From Ginglymostoma cirratum (taxonomy: Eukaryota), in assembly GCA_024137785.1 (NCBI GenBank), contig JAHRHZ010000085.1, positions 9,799,548-9,863,547 on the forward strand: a stretch of 64,000 nt of DNA, given 5' to 3'. This document shows positions 53,686 through 64,000 of the stretch, piece by piece (the stretch's first letter is position 1; every line of letters starts with the position of its first letter). A program made the position numbers and the translations under genes. A model generated the notes under the pieces. It did no database searches, was not told where the DNA came from, and worked only from the letters and a program-made list of their open reading frames with translations.

Positions 53686-55132
53686 ATTTGAATAACTTGA
53701 ACCTGGAGCAATTTACTTAATGGAAGGGATGATGCAGCTGTGCCACGTGGGCTATACTTTATATTTGACAGGTCCCCATAGTGGAAGTTAGTTGGGGGAA
53801 GATAAACTACGCCATATTTTCACTGTAGTCAGTTGATGTATTATGCAAATAAATGTCCAGCATTACTGACAGCTACTTCAGCAACTCCCATGAAAGGCTA
53901 AGTGAATTAGCAATGTGTGAGATTTGATTGTCAGGAACATTACCCAATAGGTAAGCTGCTGGTTGGGTTGGGTGTGAGGATGTCGGGAAAACATGCTGAC
54001 GAGTAAGTAGGGTGCAACATATATAGAGTGCTAGTTGGATATAGTGCCACTTGTAAAGGAACGATGGTAATAGTTAAGCAGAGAAAAGGGTGGTTAGGGC
54101 GACAAGTCATAGTATGTCGTGTAGATGCATGGTCATGATGCAAGCAGAGTTCCAATGATCTAGGTATATCTGGTGCCAGGTAGGCAGACTTCAATTTGCC
54201 TATGGTCAGAGTACTATGTAGGTAAGGTATCTGGTAAATAGGATTTAATTTGTTACAGTGCCAAAGTGCAAGGTCTAAAAAGGCCAGTTAATGGAGTGAT
54301 AATTTGGTAGGAAAGCAATATTGTGTTTGGAATGGTATGGTTTCAGGTCTCATGTGAGAGAGGATTGTTGGTTTCCTCAAGGACAATGGTCAGTTCAGGT
54401 CTCTGAGCGGGTGAGAGACACTCTCGGATTGCTGTGTCATAGGGTATTAGTTTCTGGGTGCAGAAGGATTGGTGAATCCCTGGATTGTGGGTGCTTGAAG
54501 TTAATGATGGGGGATGGGGGATGGGGGATGTGGGGTGGGTGTAAAGACCTAAGTCAAGAGCGCAATGTTGGCTTGCAGGACAAAAGGCGCTGGTGTGCCC
54601 CGAGACAAAGTTATAATGGGTACGGTGCAGAGATGAGGGCTTTAGTGTCCCAGCTTCTGGAAATAGGGTGATTTTGCCATGGAGGAATAGCAGTGTCATG
54701 CAGTGGCAGAGGGTGATTTGCGACTGGAGATGAGGGGTGTTTCAAGCACCAGAGCTTGAAGGGAGAGGCGGTGCTTAGCCCCATGCAAATGAGTCAAGCC
54801 TGCTCCCATGGTAACAGATCTTCATCAGATCTTGTGGTGTCGGGTGTGTTGGACCCAACAGAACTGAATGAAGTATTTTGGTTTCCGATGAGGGTGGGTG
54901 CTTTCTGATCTTTGGATTGGGGGCTATTAGATCGCAGGTGAAAAAACTTTGTTCTGTCTGGTGAAGAGTGGAGAGTTTAGAGTCCAGTGGTGGGTAGTAT
55001 TCAAAGCCCAGCAGGAGAGAAAGTTCACAGTTCCCTTTGGGAGGGGGGAGGTCAACTGCTGAGCAGAAAGGAGGCGTGCTTGGACAAAGGCTGAGGTTGA
55101 TATACTGCTGCATCCTGGATCCTTATACCTTG

Positions 55133-55262
55133 TATTAATCAGGGATGTGAAGTGGCTATTCATTGCATTTTTTTCAGATAATATGTTAATGTATTTTACA
55201 GCACGTTAGTTGGAAAATCATTGCTCTTTGCATTAAACGGTATATAGATACACAAGGCCTCA
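55133..55262 (+). repeat. Near-identical copy of the start of gene C intron 2 (56896-57028)
   Basis: tattaatcagggatgtgaagtg...gcattaaacggtatatagatacaca..gcctca in both copies. Confidence 0.9.
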
Positions 55263-56188
55263 TTGACTGTTATACCTTCTTGCCCGTGCCCAGTAACCCA
55301 AATCAGGGATGGTATTATAAGGGGTGTGACTGCCTGTTGAATCATCGCGTCAAGGTAACTGTCCCCCTCTGTGATGTGTAGCAGGGTTCAAAGCTCAGAC
55401 TCCAGCCCATCAACTCAAGTAACTGACACTTGTTACAGATCTTGTCCCTCTGAACTGCTACAGAGTCCACTAACTCGCACTTCATTCAATTGCAGCACAT
55501 TTCCTGACCCTGAATCTTCGTTTCATTTGATTGATATTTAATTTATTTATTATATTTTCGACTAGCATTTAGTTCTATAATCTGCAATTTCTCATATTTA
55601 CATTTTAATCTGAAAACAACTTTGAACACTTATTTCAATTCGTTACTTACCAGCGAATATACTTACAATTTTCCTGTGATGTGTTATTGTGACATAATTC
55701 CTGCATTCTGGCTTAAATCCTCGAAATGTTTCTTTATTTTCACCCCAATCAGTTGCTTCCTGTTGCCCTATGTTACTTCTTAGATCCCAAAATCAACTCA
55801 GGAGCACCACTGCTGGATTCCGCGATGGTCAGCTCTGCTCCCACTGCTGTTCCAATTGAGCTGGATCTTGGCCTTGCCCCTCAGGCTTTTATCTGGAAGA
55901 ACTTCTGGTGTCGGTCCACCCCAGATTTGGTCGTGCTCTGGTAGAGCTCCTCAACCACATAACGATTCGCCAGCTGTTCACCACTGATCTCCATGCTTGT
56001 CGCACTGTCCTTTGTAGATATGAAGCAAAACTGACTCCAGAAATATTAGGAAATTCAGCAGAAGAAAAAGAAAATTACTACTTTGACTTATGCTGCAGTC
56101 TCCATTACACATGTAATTCTGGATGGTCAATTGTTGAGACGGTAAGAACATTCCATTTAACAAAGCATAATTTCAAAACCGACACTTG

Positions 56189-56220
56189 CCGGATGTCAAA
56201 TGTCATTGAAACGTCACTGA
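56189..56220 (+). promoter_or_regulatory. Conserved proximal promoter block of gene C
   Basis: ccggatgtcaaatgtcattgaaacgtcactga, same distance (about 115 nt) from the ATG as in gene A. Confidence 0.5.
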
Positions 56221-56303
56221 TGAAAAAGGAAGAAACCTCAACCTATTTTTTCAGTCATTGCACATTTGCTTTTGCAGCAGAGAATCAACAATTTGAACAA
56301 AGA

Positions 56304-59300
56304 ATGGCACCGAGTACCATGCTTCTTTGCCTAATTTTCCGGGGCATCATTCAGACAGGTGTCAGTTGTTTTTTTTTTAATCGTTTGTTCATTTTCCCGA
56401 TTTATTTTTACCTATACAGCATACGAAGTACTTGATGCGTTCATCTCGCTAACTGCAATTTATCAATCCAGATACGTTTTCACCTTCATGCCTTATCTAA
56501 TGCTGTTAATTTACGTTTGATTATATTTCTGATAGCTTCGGACCACACTTCATTCACCGTGTCTCAAGCACCTAAAGAAGCGAATGTATCCATAGGACAG
56601 ACTATCACCCTCTACTGCATTTTTCCGCTGTCTCCAGACCAAACTTGGGTACGGGTATTATGGTGGAAACATGGCGAGAATGACTACTTGCGTACAAGCA
56701 GAGACAAGAGAAGGAAGTTTGGCATGGAAAATAAGGCAAGCGGTTTCTTTCAGCTGCTGGAAGCAACAATCCAAGACGCTGGAATCTATCACTGCACCGT
56801 GATCCGTCAAGGAGAAGTTAGAGGAAACGGAACAGGATCACGTTTAAGCGTTTATGGTTAGTTTGAAATATAGGAGAACAAGACTTGCTACATTATATTA
56901 ATCAGGGATGTGAAGTGACTATTCATTGCATTTTTTTTCAGATAATATATGTTAATGTATTTTACAGCGCGTTAGTTGGAAAATCATTGCTCTTTGCATT
57001 AAACGGTATATAGATACACAAAGCCTCAAGCAGTGACAGTGTGAGGATTTGGATGCTAGTTTTACTGCTGGCTTTTGACTGATTCACTCAATAATGGAAA
57101 GGTTAGCACGCGTTTGGGTGTCACCTCACTGACGTTCAAATAATATAACACAGACAGGCTGTGTTGCTGAAACATCCTGATGTTCAAATGAATAAAATAT
57201 ATTACATCAGTTGTCATACTCTGACAGACAGCTATGCCGGCACAATTAAAACTTTTCATTTTTCACCAAGACCATGTACATCATTGCACCTGAAATGCAC
57301 AAAGACGTGGCCATCCAACTTGTTCACCGAGGCTTACACCTCGAAATGATGTATATTATATGTTTGTTAGGAAGTTATTGCCTCTCATGCAGGGAAGAAT
57401 TCTAAGCTGAAACTTTACAGATTGACAATGTGCCATTCAATTCTAATGTGTGATATGGGCAAGGCATGGCAATTAAAAAAGATAGGAATTTAGATTGAAG
57501 ACACTCTATAGTGAAAAAATAAAGCAAATTAAATTGTAAATTAAATACTATTTTTGTTCTTTCTCCATAGCGTGCATAACTTGACTATATATTTGTTTTC
57601 ATTCTGTGATTTGCAGCGGCCCCAACACCACTAACCATTGTCTCTGGGCTATCTGAAGGGAATTCTTCGACGTCTCTGACTCTAAAGTGTGAAACGGCTG
57701 CATTTTATCCAGAAAATTTCACCCTTATTTGGTATAAGAATGGTGTTGAAACTGCATTTGGAATAAGTACCAATAAAGTCAAAAACACCGAAGGACTGTA
57801 TGAAGTTTCCAGTTCATTGGTTGTGACGCAACCTGTCCTGATCGACATGAATTATAGCTGTTCAGTATCTCATGTCTCCCTCCAGGCGCCAGCTTTTGCC
57901 ACCCATACAGTGTCTAAATCTAATCTAGGTATGACAGCAACAACTTAAGAAGTATACGCATGTAGTATTGAATTCATAGATACAACACAGGCTATGTTGT
58001 AATGAAGATAGTCCATGGAAGATCGTGAGAAATATCAAGTGCATTAAATCCGTGTTTTTGGATAGAATTCAATCTTGCCGTACCAAAACTGATGTGTTTC
58101 TAGATACTGAAATAGGCTTAGTTCAACCAGTCCTTACTTCTAAATTCCTTTATTGCAGACGCAGCAGTAATAAACAAAGCTTCTACTTCTTATTCTAATA
58201 TTTGCTTACTCGACTGTGGCTGGTATTTTTATAATCTGGGTTTTATGCTTACATTGTGTTATATTTTATCCTTGTCCACCTTTTCCTTCTTGTATGAGGA
58301 CTATCATCGGCAGCACCAGGCATTCTTTTGCGAGATGTGAGTTGCGATACTGCCCCAAGTCGACTGCTTCCTGCGCAGAAGTCTGAAATTAATCATCTGG
58401 TTAACTTCAATTACCAAGTCCTCAAAATGTTTAATGGGGATGTAATTCATGATTTCATTTAAACTGTGCCTGCAATTCGCTACAGTATGCTCTATTCAAT
58501 GCATTGCGTTTTCAATGAGCTTCAGTGTGAAAATCAATTAGCTTCTTTTTTGTACCCAATTCTCTCATGGGTTGCAGACGTCGCTGCCAAGACCAGCATT
58601 TATTGCGCATTCCTAACTGGCATTGAATTGAGCGATTCATTAGTTCATTTATGAGGGTAGATAAGAGACACAACATTTGTGTTAATTCCTGCTTGCCTCC
58701 AATGTTGTTTGGAAAGCTGACCAGTAGTGTAAAGGGACCATAACAGCATTGGCTTAGTCCTCACACGACTAAGGTTGCCAATGTAGGACATTTTTTTTAA
58801 TCGATCCCCCTGCTTGAGGCGTGGTCACCTTCAGTTTAAACAACCTCCAGAGTGATTTCTCCCGAGTGATGGAACAACTCTACAGTCTGATAAATCTATA
58901 GTGACTTTATTGTACCTGCAATGCCATTCTGGTACTGGCAAATCTAGTTAAGATACCAAAAGGTGATTTGTAATCGATTGCTGCATTTCAGAACTTTTGT
59001 TTTTAAGGAAGAAATGCTGCTCAAAAATTCTCCAAATTTCTTTCTACTATAAGGAATTCTAAGAACAAGTACAAGCATTTTGCTAATGGAAACTTGATTT
59101 GTCTCGCATTTTAAATCCCCATAAAACTTGAAACCCTTAAACCATAGGCCTATTCCAGGTATGAAAAGAAATTTCACATTTTCGAGGAAGAATTTACTTC
59201 AAGTAGGTTGGCTACGAATAGTACTTCGAATTTATTTATTCTTACTGCAGTGAACTAAAATGCGGAGTGAAACTGCCAGTGTAAACAATTAAATGCCTAG

Positions 59301-61304
59301 GAGCCAAATTTTGTTTCAGGTTCTGCCACTTCTTGTTCATTTGTGGGATTTAGGTGTCACTGACTGGGCCTACATTTATTATGCATCTCCAGTTTCCCTT
59401 TCGAAGGTGGTAATGACCTGCCTTCTTGATATACTGCAATCTATTTGCTTTATGGACCCACTTAGCCATTAGGAGGGGCTTTTCTAATAATTTTGTTTTC
59501 TTCTAATAATCGTGCAGGCAATGATCAGAAGCCACGTTATTTTTGGATTCCAGTTTTTGCGGTAGCTGGCAGTGCATTCCTTGTTTTTGTGATTGTCTTT
59601 GGAGCGTGCTCTCTGCTGAAGAATAATAAAGGTAAAATCTACGTTAAGTCTTTGATGTTATATCGATCATCAGAATGAAAGTCAGCTCCTGGGTAACAGA
59701 AATGGAAATGAAGTTTAAGAAGAATTGAAGTTGTTGAAAATGTCTTGTTTTTTTTATTTGGGGGTGTGGTTGGAGGGCTGGCAAAGACTGTCGAAAATGT
59801 GCTTATAACATAAAGCCTTTCCATTTTCAATCAAAATGGAAATAATCACCAAGATTTGTTTAAAAATACAGCTTTGTGATCTAATGAATGTAAGATACCT
59901 TGATAAAGCATTTCCAAAACCAAAATTCACAGCTACAATTAGTTTCAATGTGCGATTGTGATGAGGGCATGGGTGGCAGTGTATTTTAGAAACTGATGTA
60001 GAGGTAGACCGTAAACCCAAAAGCAAAATCATCATGTCTAGTCCTCCACTTAAAATGAAATCTCCTGCTGCACTACTGTAGCCCAGATTTCGCCAGTTTT
60101 CGAAAGGTAACCTTGAATTTAAAAAAAAAAACTTGCTCATCATTATAAACGTTAGTATTTAAATGTCCTCACATTGCAGACTTAAAAACCGTGTTAGGCA
60201 TTTTTCGGACTTTGACATTGCAATCTCTGACATTAAATCTGTGTAACTGTTTCTTTTTACATCACATTTCATTCGTTTCTGGGTAAAGACGACCCTGTAG
60301 CAGGAGCGAACCAAGGTGGGGAGATGGTATGTCAATTCATTGATGTTGAAATACTTGTATCAAGAAATAATGGTATCGTGGAATATTAATTTCACAATTA
60401 AGGCAGAACAGTTTAGCTCAGTTTAGTAAAAAATATTGACAAGCCTCATTAAGATAATCAAGTCAGACATGGAAGTTATTTAAAGTTGAAATTGCTGGAG
60501 TAACGTCACAGGCCTGCCTGCATCTGTGCAGAAAGAGCAAAGTTAACGTTTCGAGTCCAGTGACTTTCTTCAGAGAGCTTTAGATTTATTTTATGCCTAT
60601 TTATTTGCTACTTAGTGTGTTGCTGTGGAACTCTGATACGTTATAAGGAATTAAAGTCACTAATTGCACTGAAAATATTCTTATGTGACAATTTTTTTCT
60701 ATCCTTTATAATTGAAAGGAAATTTCAATTCATGACACTTTGCTTGATGTAAACATTCCCATGGCACTCATGTTGTGTGAACTTTGATAGTTTATTTATT
60801 TGGAATAGCGTCCCGACTCTTTCACATATGTTTTACGGTCGAAGAACTATGATTTGCACAAGGAAGCTGCTAAGTACAATGGAGTTGCCAACCAAAAAAC
60901 ATTTTTTTTTTGTCACTAATGCAGATAGGATCTTCTGAGGTCGTGCATTATGCTGTGTTGGAGTTGAACAGAACAACAAAAATTCCAGGGTGCAAACTTA
61001 AAGAGGTGAGAAATGTGTACACTTAAGTAGGTATGAGTAATGGAGCAGAGAAACAAAGTGTAGCATCATCATTCGTGGGAAAGGTCAAGATAAATTCATA
61101 CAGATTTTCCAGTATATTGCCTCGAAAATCATTTGATCATCTGTTGAATGCTTTGAAACAGCATTTCGAAAAATGTGAAAAACGTCCTTTTAACAATATG
61201 TTCAAACAATGGTCTTTCAGCATCAACAAAGGGTAACTGGTGAGGATGTGACATACGCGATTGTGTCCGCGACTTCCTCGGGGAAAACAGGAAAATGCAC
61301 CTAA
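56304..61304 (+). CDS. Gene C: divergent VJ-C1-TM ITIM-bearing paralog with a partly eroded tail
   Basis: Leader 56304-56358 (MAPSTMLLCLIFRGIIQT); V 56536-56856; C1 57617-57928; TM 59518-59631 (YFWIPVFAVAGSAFLVFVIVFGACSLL-KNNK); cytoplasmic exon ending 60326 (ancestral acceptor at 60281-60282 reads GG; in-frame alternatives at 60289, 60301, 60304); exon 6 from 60925 (VHYAVL; TAA at 61024; donor GAG/gtgaga at 61006); exon 7 61221-61304 (VTYAIV, then a frameshift before TQYAQL). Confidence 0.8.
56536..56856 (+). CDS. Gene C VJ-type V exon
   Basis: FTVSQAPKEANVSIGQTITLYC...WWKHG...QDAGIYHCTVIRQGEVRGNGTGSRLSVY. 321 nt, as in gene A. Confidence 0.93.
57617..57928 (+). CDS. Gene C C1 exon (missing from the supplied ORF track)
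   Basis: Hand translation: APTPLTIVSGLSEGNSSTSLTLKCETAAFYPENFTLIWYKNG...GLYEVSSSLVV...YSCSVSHVSLQAPAFATHTVSKSNL. ttgcag acceptor, gtatga donor. Confidence 0.92.
59518..59631 (+). CDS. Gene C transmembrane exon (uncharged)
   Basis: 114-nt phase 1/1 exon with a hydrophobic helix followed by KNNK. Confidence 0.85.
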
Positions 61305-62059
61305 AGAAACAACACAGTATGCTCAGCTAAGGACAAAAACGCAAAGTATTCTATCAGTTTCAAAGCATGTACACTGTGGATGCACAACGATTAAATAATG
61401 CAGTCCCCAGTGTTGGTGTTTGTTTCAAGAACTTCTTTTAAAAAAGAGAAACATACATTTCCTGACATATTTTAATGTTTTACCTAGAACCATGTTTCTT
61501 CCTTTGACTGCGATGGACTGCAAATTTGTTGTACAAGATTATCTGTATGAATGAAGTCAATCTGAAAATATTATATACTAGTTGGAACAATTCAATGATT
61601 GGTGGTCTTTTTTTCTTTTTGTTGAGTGATAATCTTAGTCAATTTATATATTGGCTATTCCTTTGAAGCGACTGGTTCCTTTAATCTCCTTAATTTAAAA
61701 CGAATAACATTTTCCCCAGAGTGTGACCTTTTCCTTTTCCCTATCAAGGATGCATGAATTTATACTTTGTAATGCAATACATTTTGTTATTTACCTTGTA
61801 ACATTATCCTATAGTGTGAATTTTATGTTTTAATTCAATGCAAGTGGTGTCTGTTTCTTTACCATCATCTACTGTCTTTGATGTTACTTCTAATATTCCT
61901 ATTTGGGAAAAAGAATAGAGTCTGCCTTGTTATTGAAATCCTGAGAATTGGACTTGTTTAGTTCTGCTTACTACAACAACCTTTATCCCAAAGAAGCAAC
62001 AAAAAATGCGAATAAGTGGCTATGCATCAACTGTCAGCATATCTCAGTTTCTTTTGAAC

Positions 62060-62555
62060 CGTCCAAACTCATGAGCACTTCCATCTCGAAGAACAAGGGC
62101 TGCTGGTACATGGGAACAACACCATCTGCAATGTCCTGTCCAAGTCACTCACCATCCTGCCTAGGAAATCTGTCATATTTCAAACGTTTTACTCTATACT
62201 GTACTTACTGCAGCCTTTAACTTTTAACTTTGTTCTTTCTTTCTACCTTGTTCCTAAAATTTCATACCTCGGCACTTGTATTGAAGATTGCATCTATCTG
62301 TCGACATTATGCACTTTTCACTGTACTGTACCTTTGTTTTTGAGTACACATGGCAATAAAATCAAAAATCAAATCACTGTTCCTTCAGTGCTATTGGCCA
62401 ACGTTTTGGAATTTCCTCCATAATGGCATTGTGAGCGTACTTACAGCACATGGACTACAGTAGTTCAAGAAGGCAGCTCACCACAACCTTCTCAATGGAA
62501 ACTTAGGGATGGACAATAAATGCTGGCCCATCCAGTGATTCCCAAGTCTCACGAG
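62060..62555 (+). mobile_element. LINE/SINE 3' tail fragment (L2/CR1 group) with an internal insertion
   Basis: ttcaagaaggcagctcaccac...agggatggacaataaatgctggcc, a common elasmobranch retroposon tail. Confidence 0.55.
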
Positions 62556-63799
62556 AGAATTTTATATGGAACGTTTACTTAAAATTTCACGTTTTCACTT
62601 CTAAAGAAGCAGGTGTTTCGAAATGGAAACAAAATAAATTCGACAATTTTGGTACGTGATTAATTCAAATAATGGCACTTTATTCACGGAAGGTAAAATG
62701 CAATTATGTTGGTTGTCTAGAATTTTGCATAGGACTGGGCATCATTAGCCAAGGGTTCATCCCCAATTGCCGTGGAAAATGTGTTATTGGACTGCGTAAA
62801 CCACTGCAGTTGTAAGGGTGTATTAAAAGTGCTGTTAGCGTGGTCCTTCAAGGATTTTGAGCCAGCAACATTGAAAACCTTTGATAAGTCATGAACGACC
62901 AGATCGGGTTTACAGCCTTCTCGTTTTAGCTACAGGTATGCACCTGCTAAATATCAGCAAGAGCAATTTGCTTAACCAAATTTACAGTCGAACCGTTTCA
63001 ATCTTATTCAAATGCTTGCATGTCTGTTCTAAATTTAAAAATATTGCAATACGTGTGGGCGCACTCAGTGTCAAATAGCTGTTGTTATTTTATACGGTGT
63101 ATCTCAGTATAATTAGAATAACCGTCAATGATCATCTTATTATTGCACTTTTGTCAGTTTAACTTTCCAACCGCATTATGCTGCAACTGGGGAGAACAAA
63201 ATAAACCTTTCCGTCTTAACGCAATGTTCACTAAATTTGCCCATACGGACAAAAGTGTTTTGTTAAATACGTTGAACACTCTTCGGTTAATTATGCACGG
63301 ACAAGTACAATTAAGTGTGTAAATTTCCAAGTTAAATGCATTTTCTTCAAGACTTCAAGTATTGCAAGATGAATCTAATTAGCCTGCAACTTATAACGTC
63401 TGTTTATTTCCAAAACGTGGAGAGAGTTAGGACAGTAAAAACTGTTTTAGGCAACTTGACCATCAACGTAAACATTTTAAGTAGAATATTGCTGAATATG
63501 TTTATTCCTGTCTTCATGTTGCATACTATGGAAATGTAGTTTGGTGCTGGTGAAGGAGTATCGCTGTGAAGCAGTCCAGGAAGGGCAACAAAGGGGTTCA
63601 GCATCAGTGTCGTGCAGACTGAAAAGAGTATCAAAGAAGTTAGGATTACTTTGAAGCAGATCATAATGAGTTTCACGCACATCAAGATCATTGTGAGGGA
63701 TATTCAATTATGAAACCGTTCATGATCACTGTGGGAAAAAAAGTGTGTTCATTGAAATGAGACAGATCGTGAAAAGCCATGATATCAGATAAACGTTGT

Positions 63800-64000
63800 C
63801 TGTTGTTTGGCCCGTGTGCATTGTAGGTTGTTCATCTTTTTTCTAACTTTAGGAGATAAGTAGAAGGATCAGAGAAACTGAAAATATAATTGATTTGACA
63901 ATAAAAGTTACATATAGAAATTAAAGGATTATTCTGCTACTTAAGTGAGAATAGGTTAAGAGAAGCAAGCAGTTAGCAAGCATTTTAAAAGTATTTTTAA
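63800..64000 (+). repeat. Recent duplicate of 45375-45575, continuing past the window end
   Basis: 201 bp with 4 mismatches by eye. Confidence 0.92.

Noticed and set aside
55908-56435. 175-aa ORF upstream of gene C
   Set aside because: Chance open frame overlapping the promoter and the true leader exon (56304-56358).

Overview
Eukaryotic, AT-rich, repeat-dense vertebrate DNA, most likely from a shark or other elasmobranch (HE1-type V-SINEs, CR1/HER1-type LINEs, Penelope-like elements). It holds a tandem + strand cluster of three paralogous, spliced, non-rearranging immunoglobulin-superfamily receptor genes with the same 7-exon plan: leader, germline-joined VJ-type V domain, C1-set domain, transmembrane (TM), short cytoplasmic exon, and two cytoplasmic exons each with an ITIM plus an ITSM-like motif. 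Gene A (7774-12303) is intact and inhibitory, with a SIRPalpha-like tyrosine tail. Gene B (20304-24542) has a TM lysine and has lost all four tyrosine motifs, the pattern of an activating paired receptor; it also has a stop just before the TM and no usable C1 donor, so it is now a pseudogene or secreted. Gene C (56304-61304) is more divergent, keeps both ITIMs and has lost both ITSM-like motifs. The rest is a near-full-length Penelope-like element (RT plus GIY-YIG), many Penelope terminal repeats with minimal hammerhead ribozyme cores, a long CR1 LINE, SINEs, segmental duplications and two assembly gaps. Exon boundaries and translations were read by hand; family assignments come from motif recognition, not database searches.
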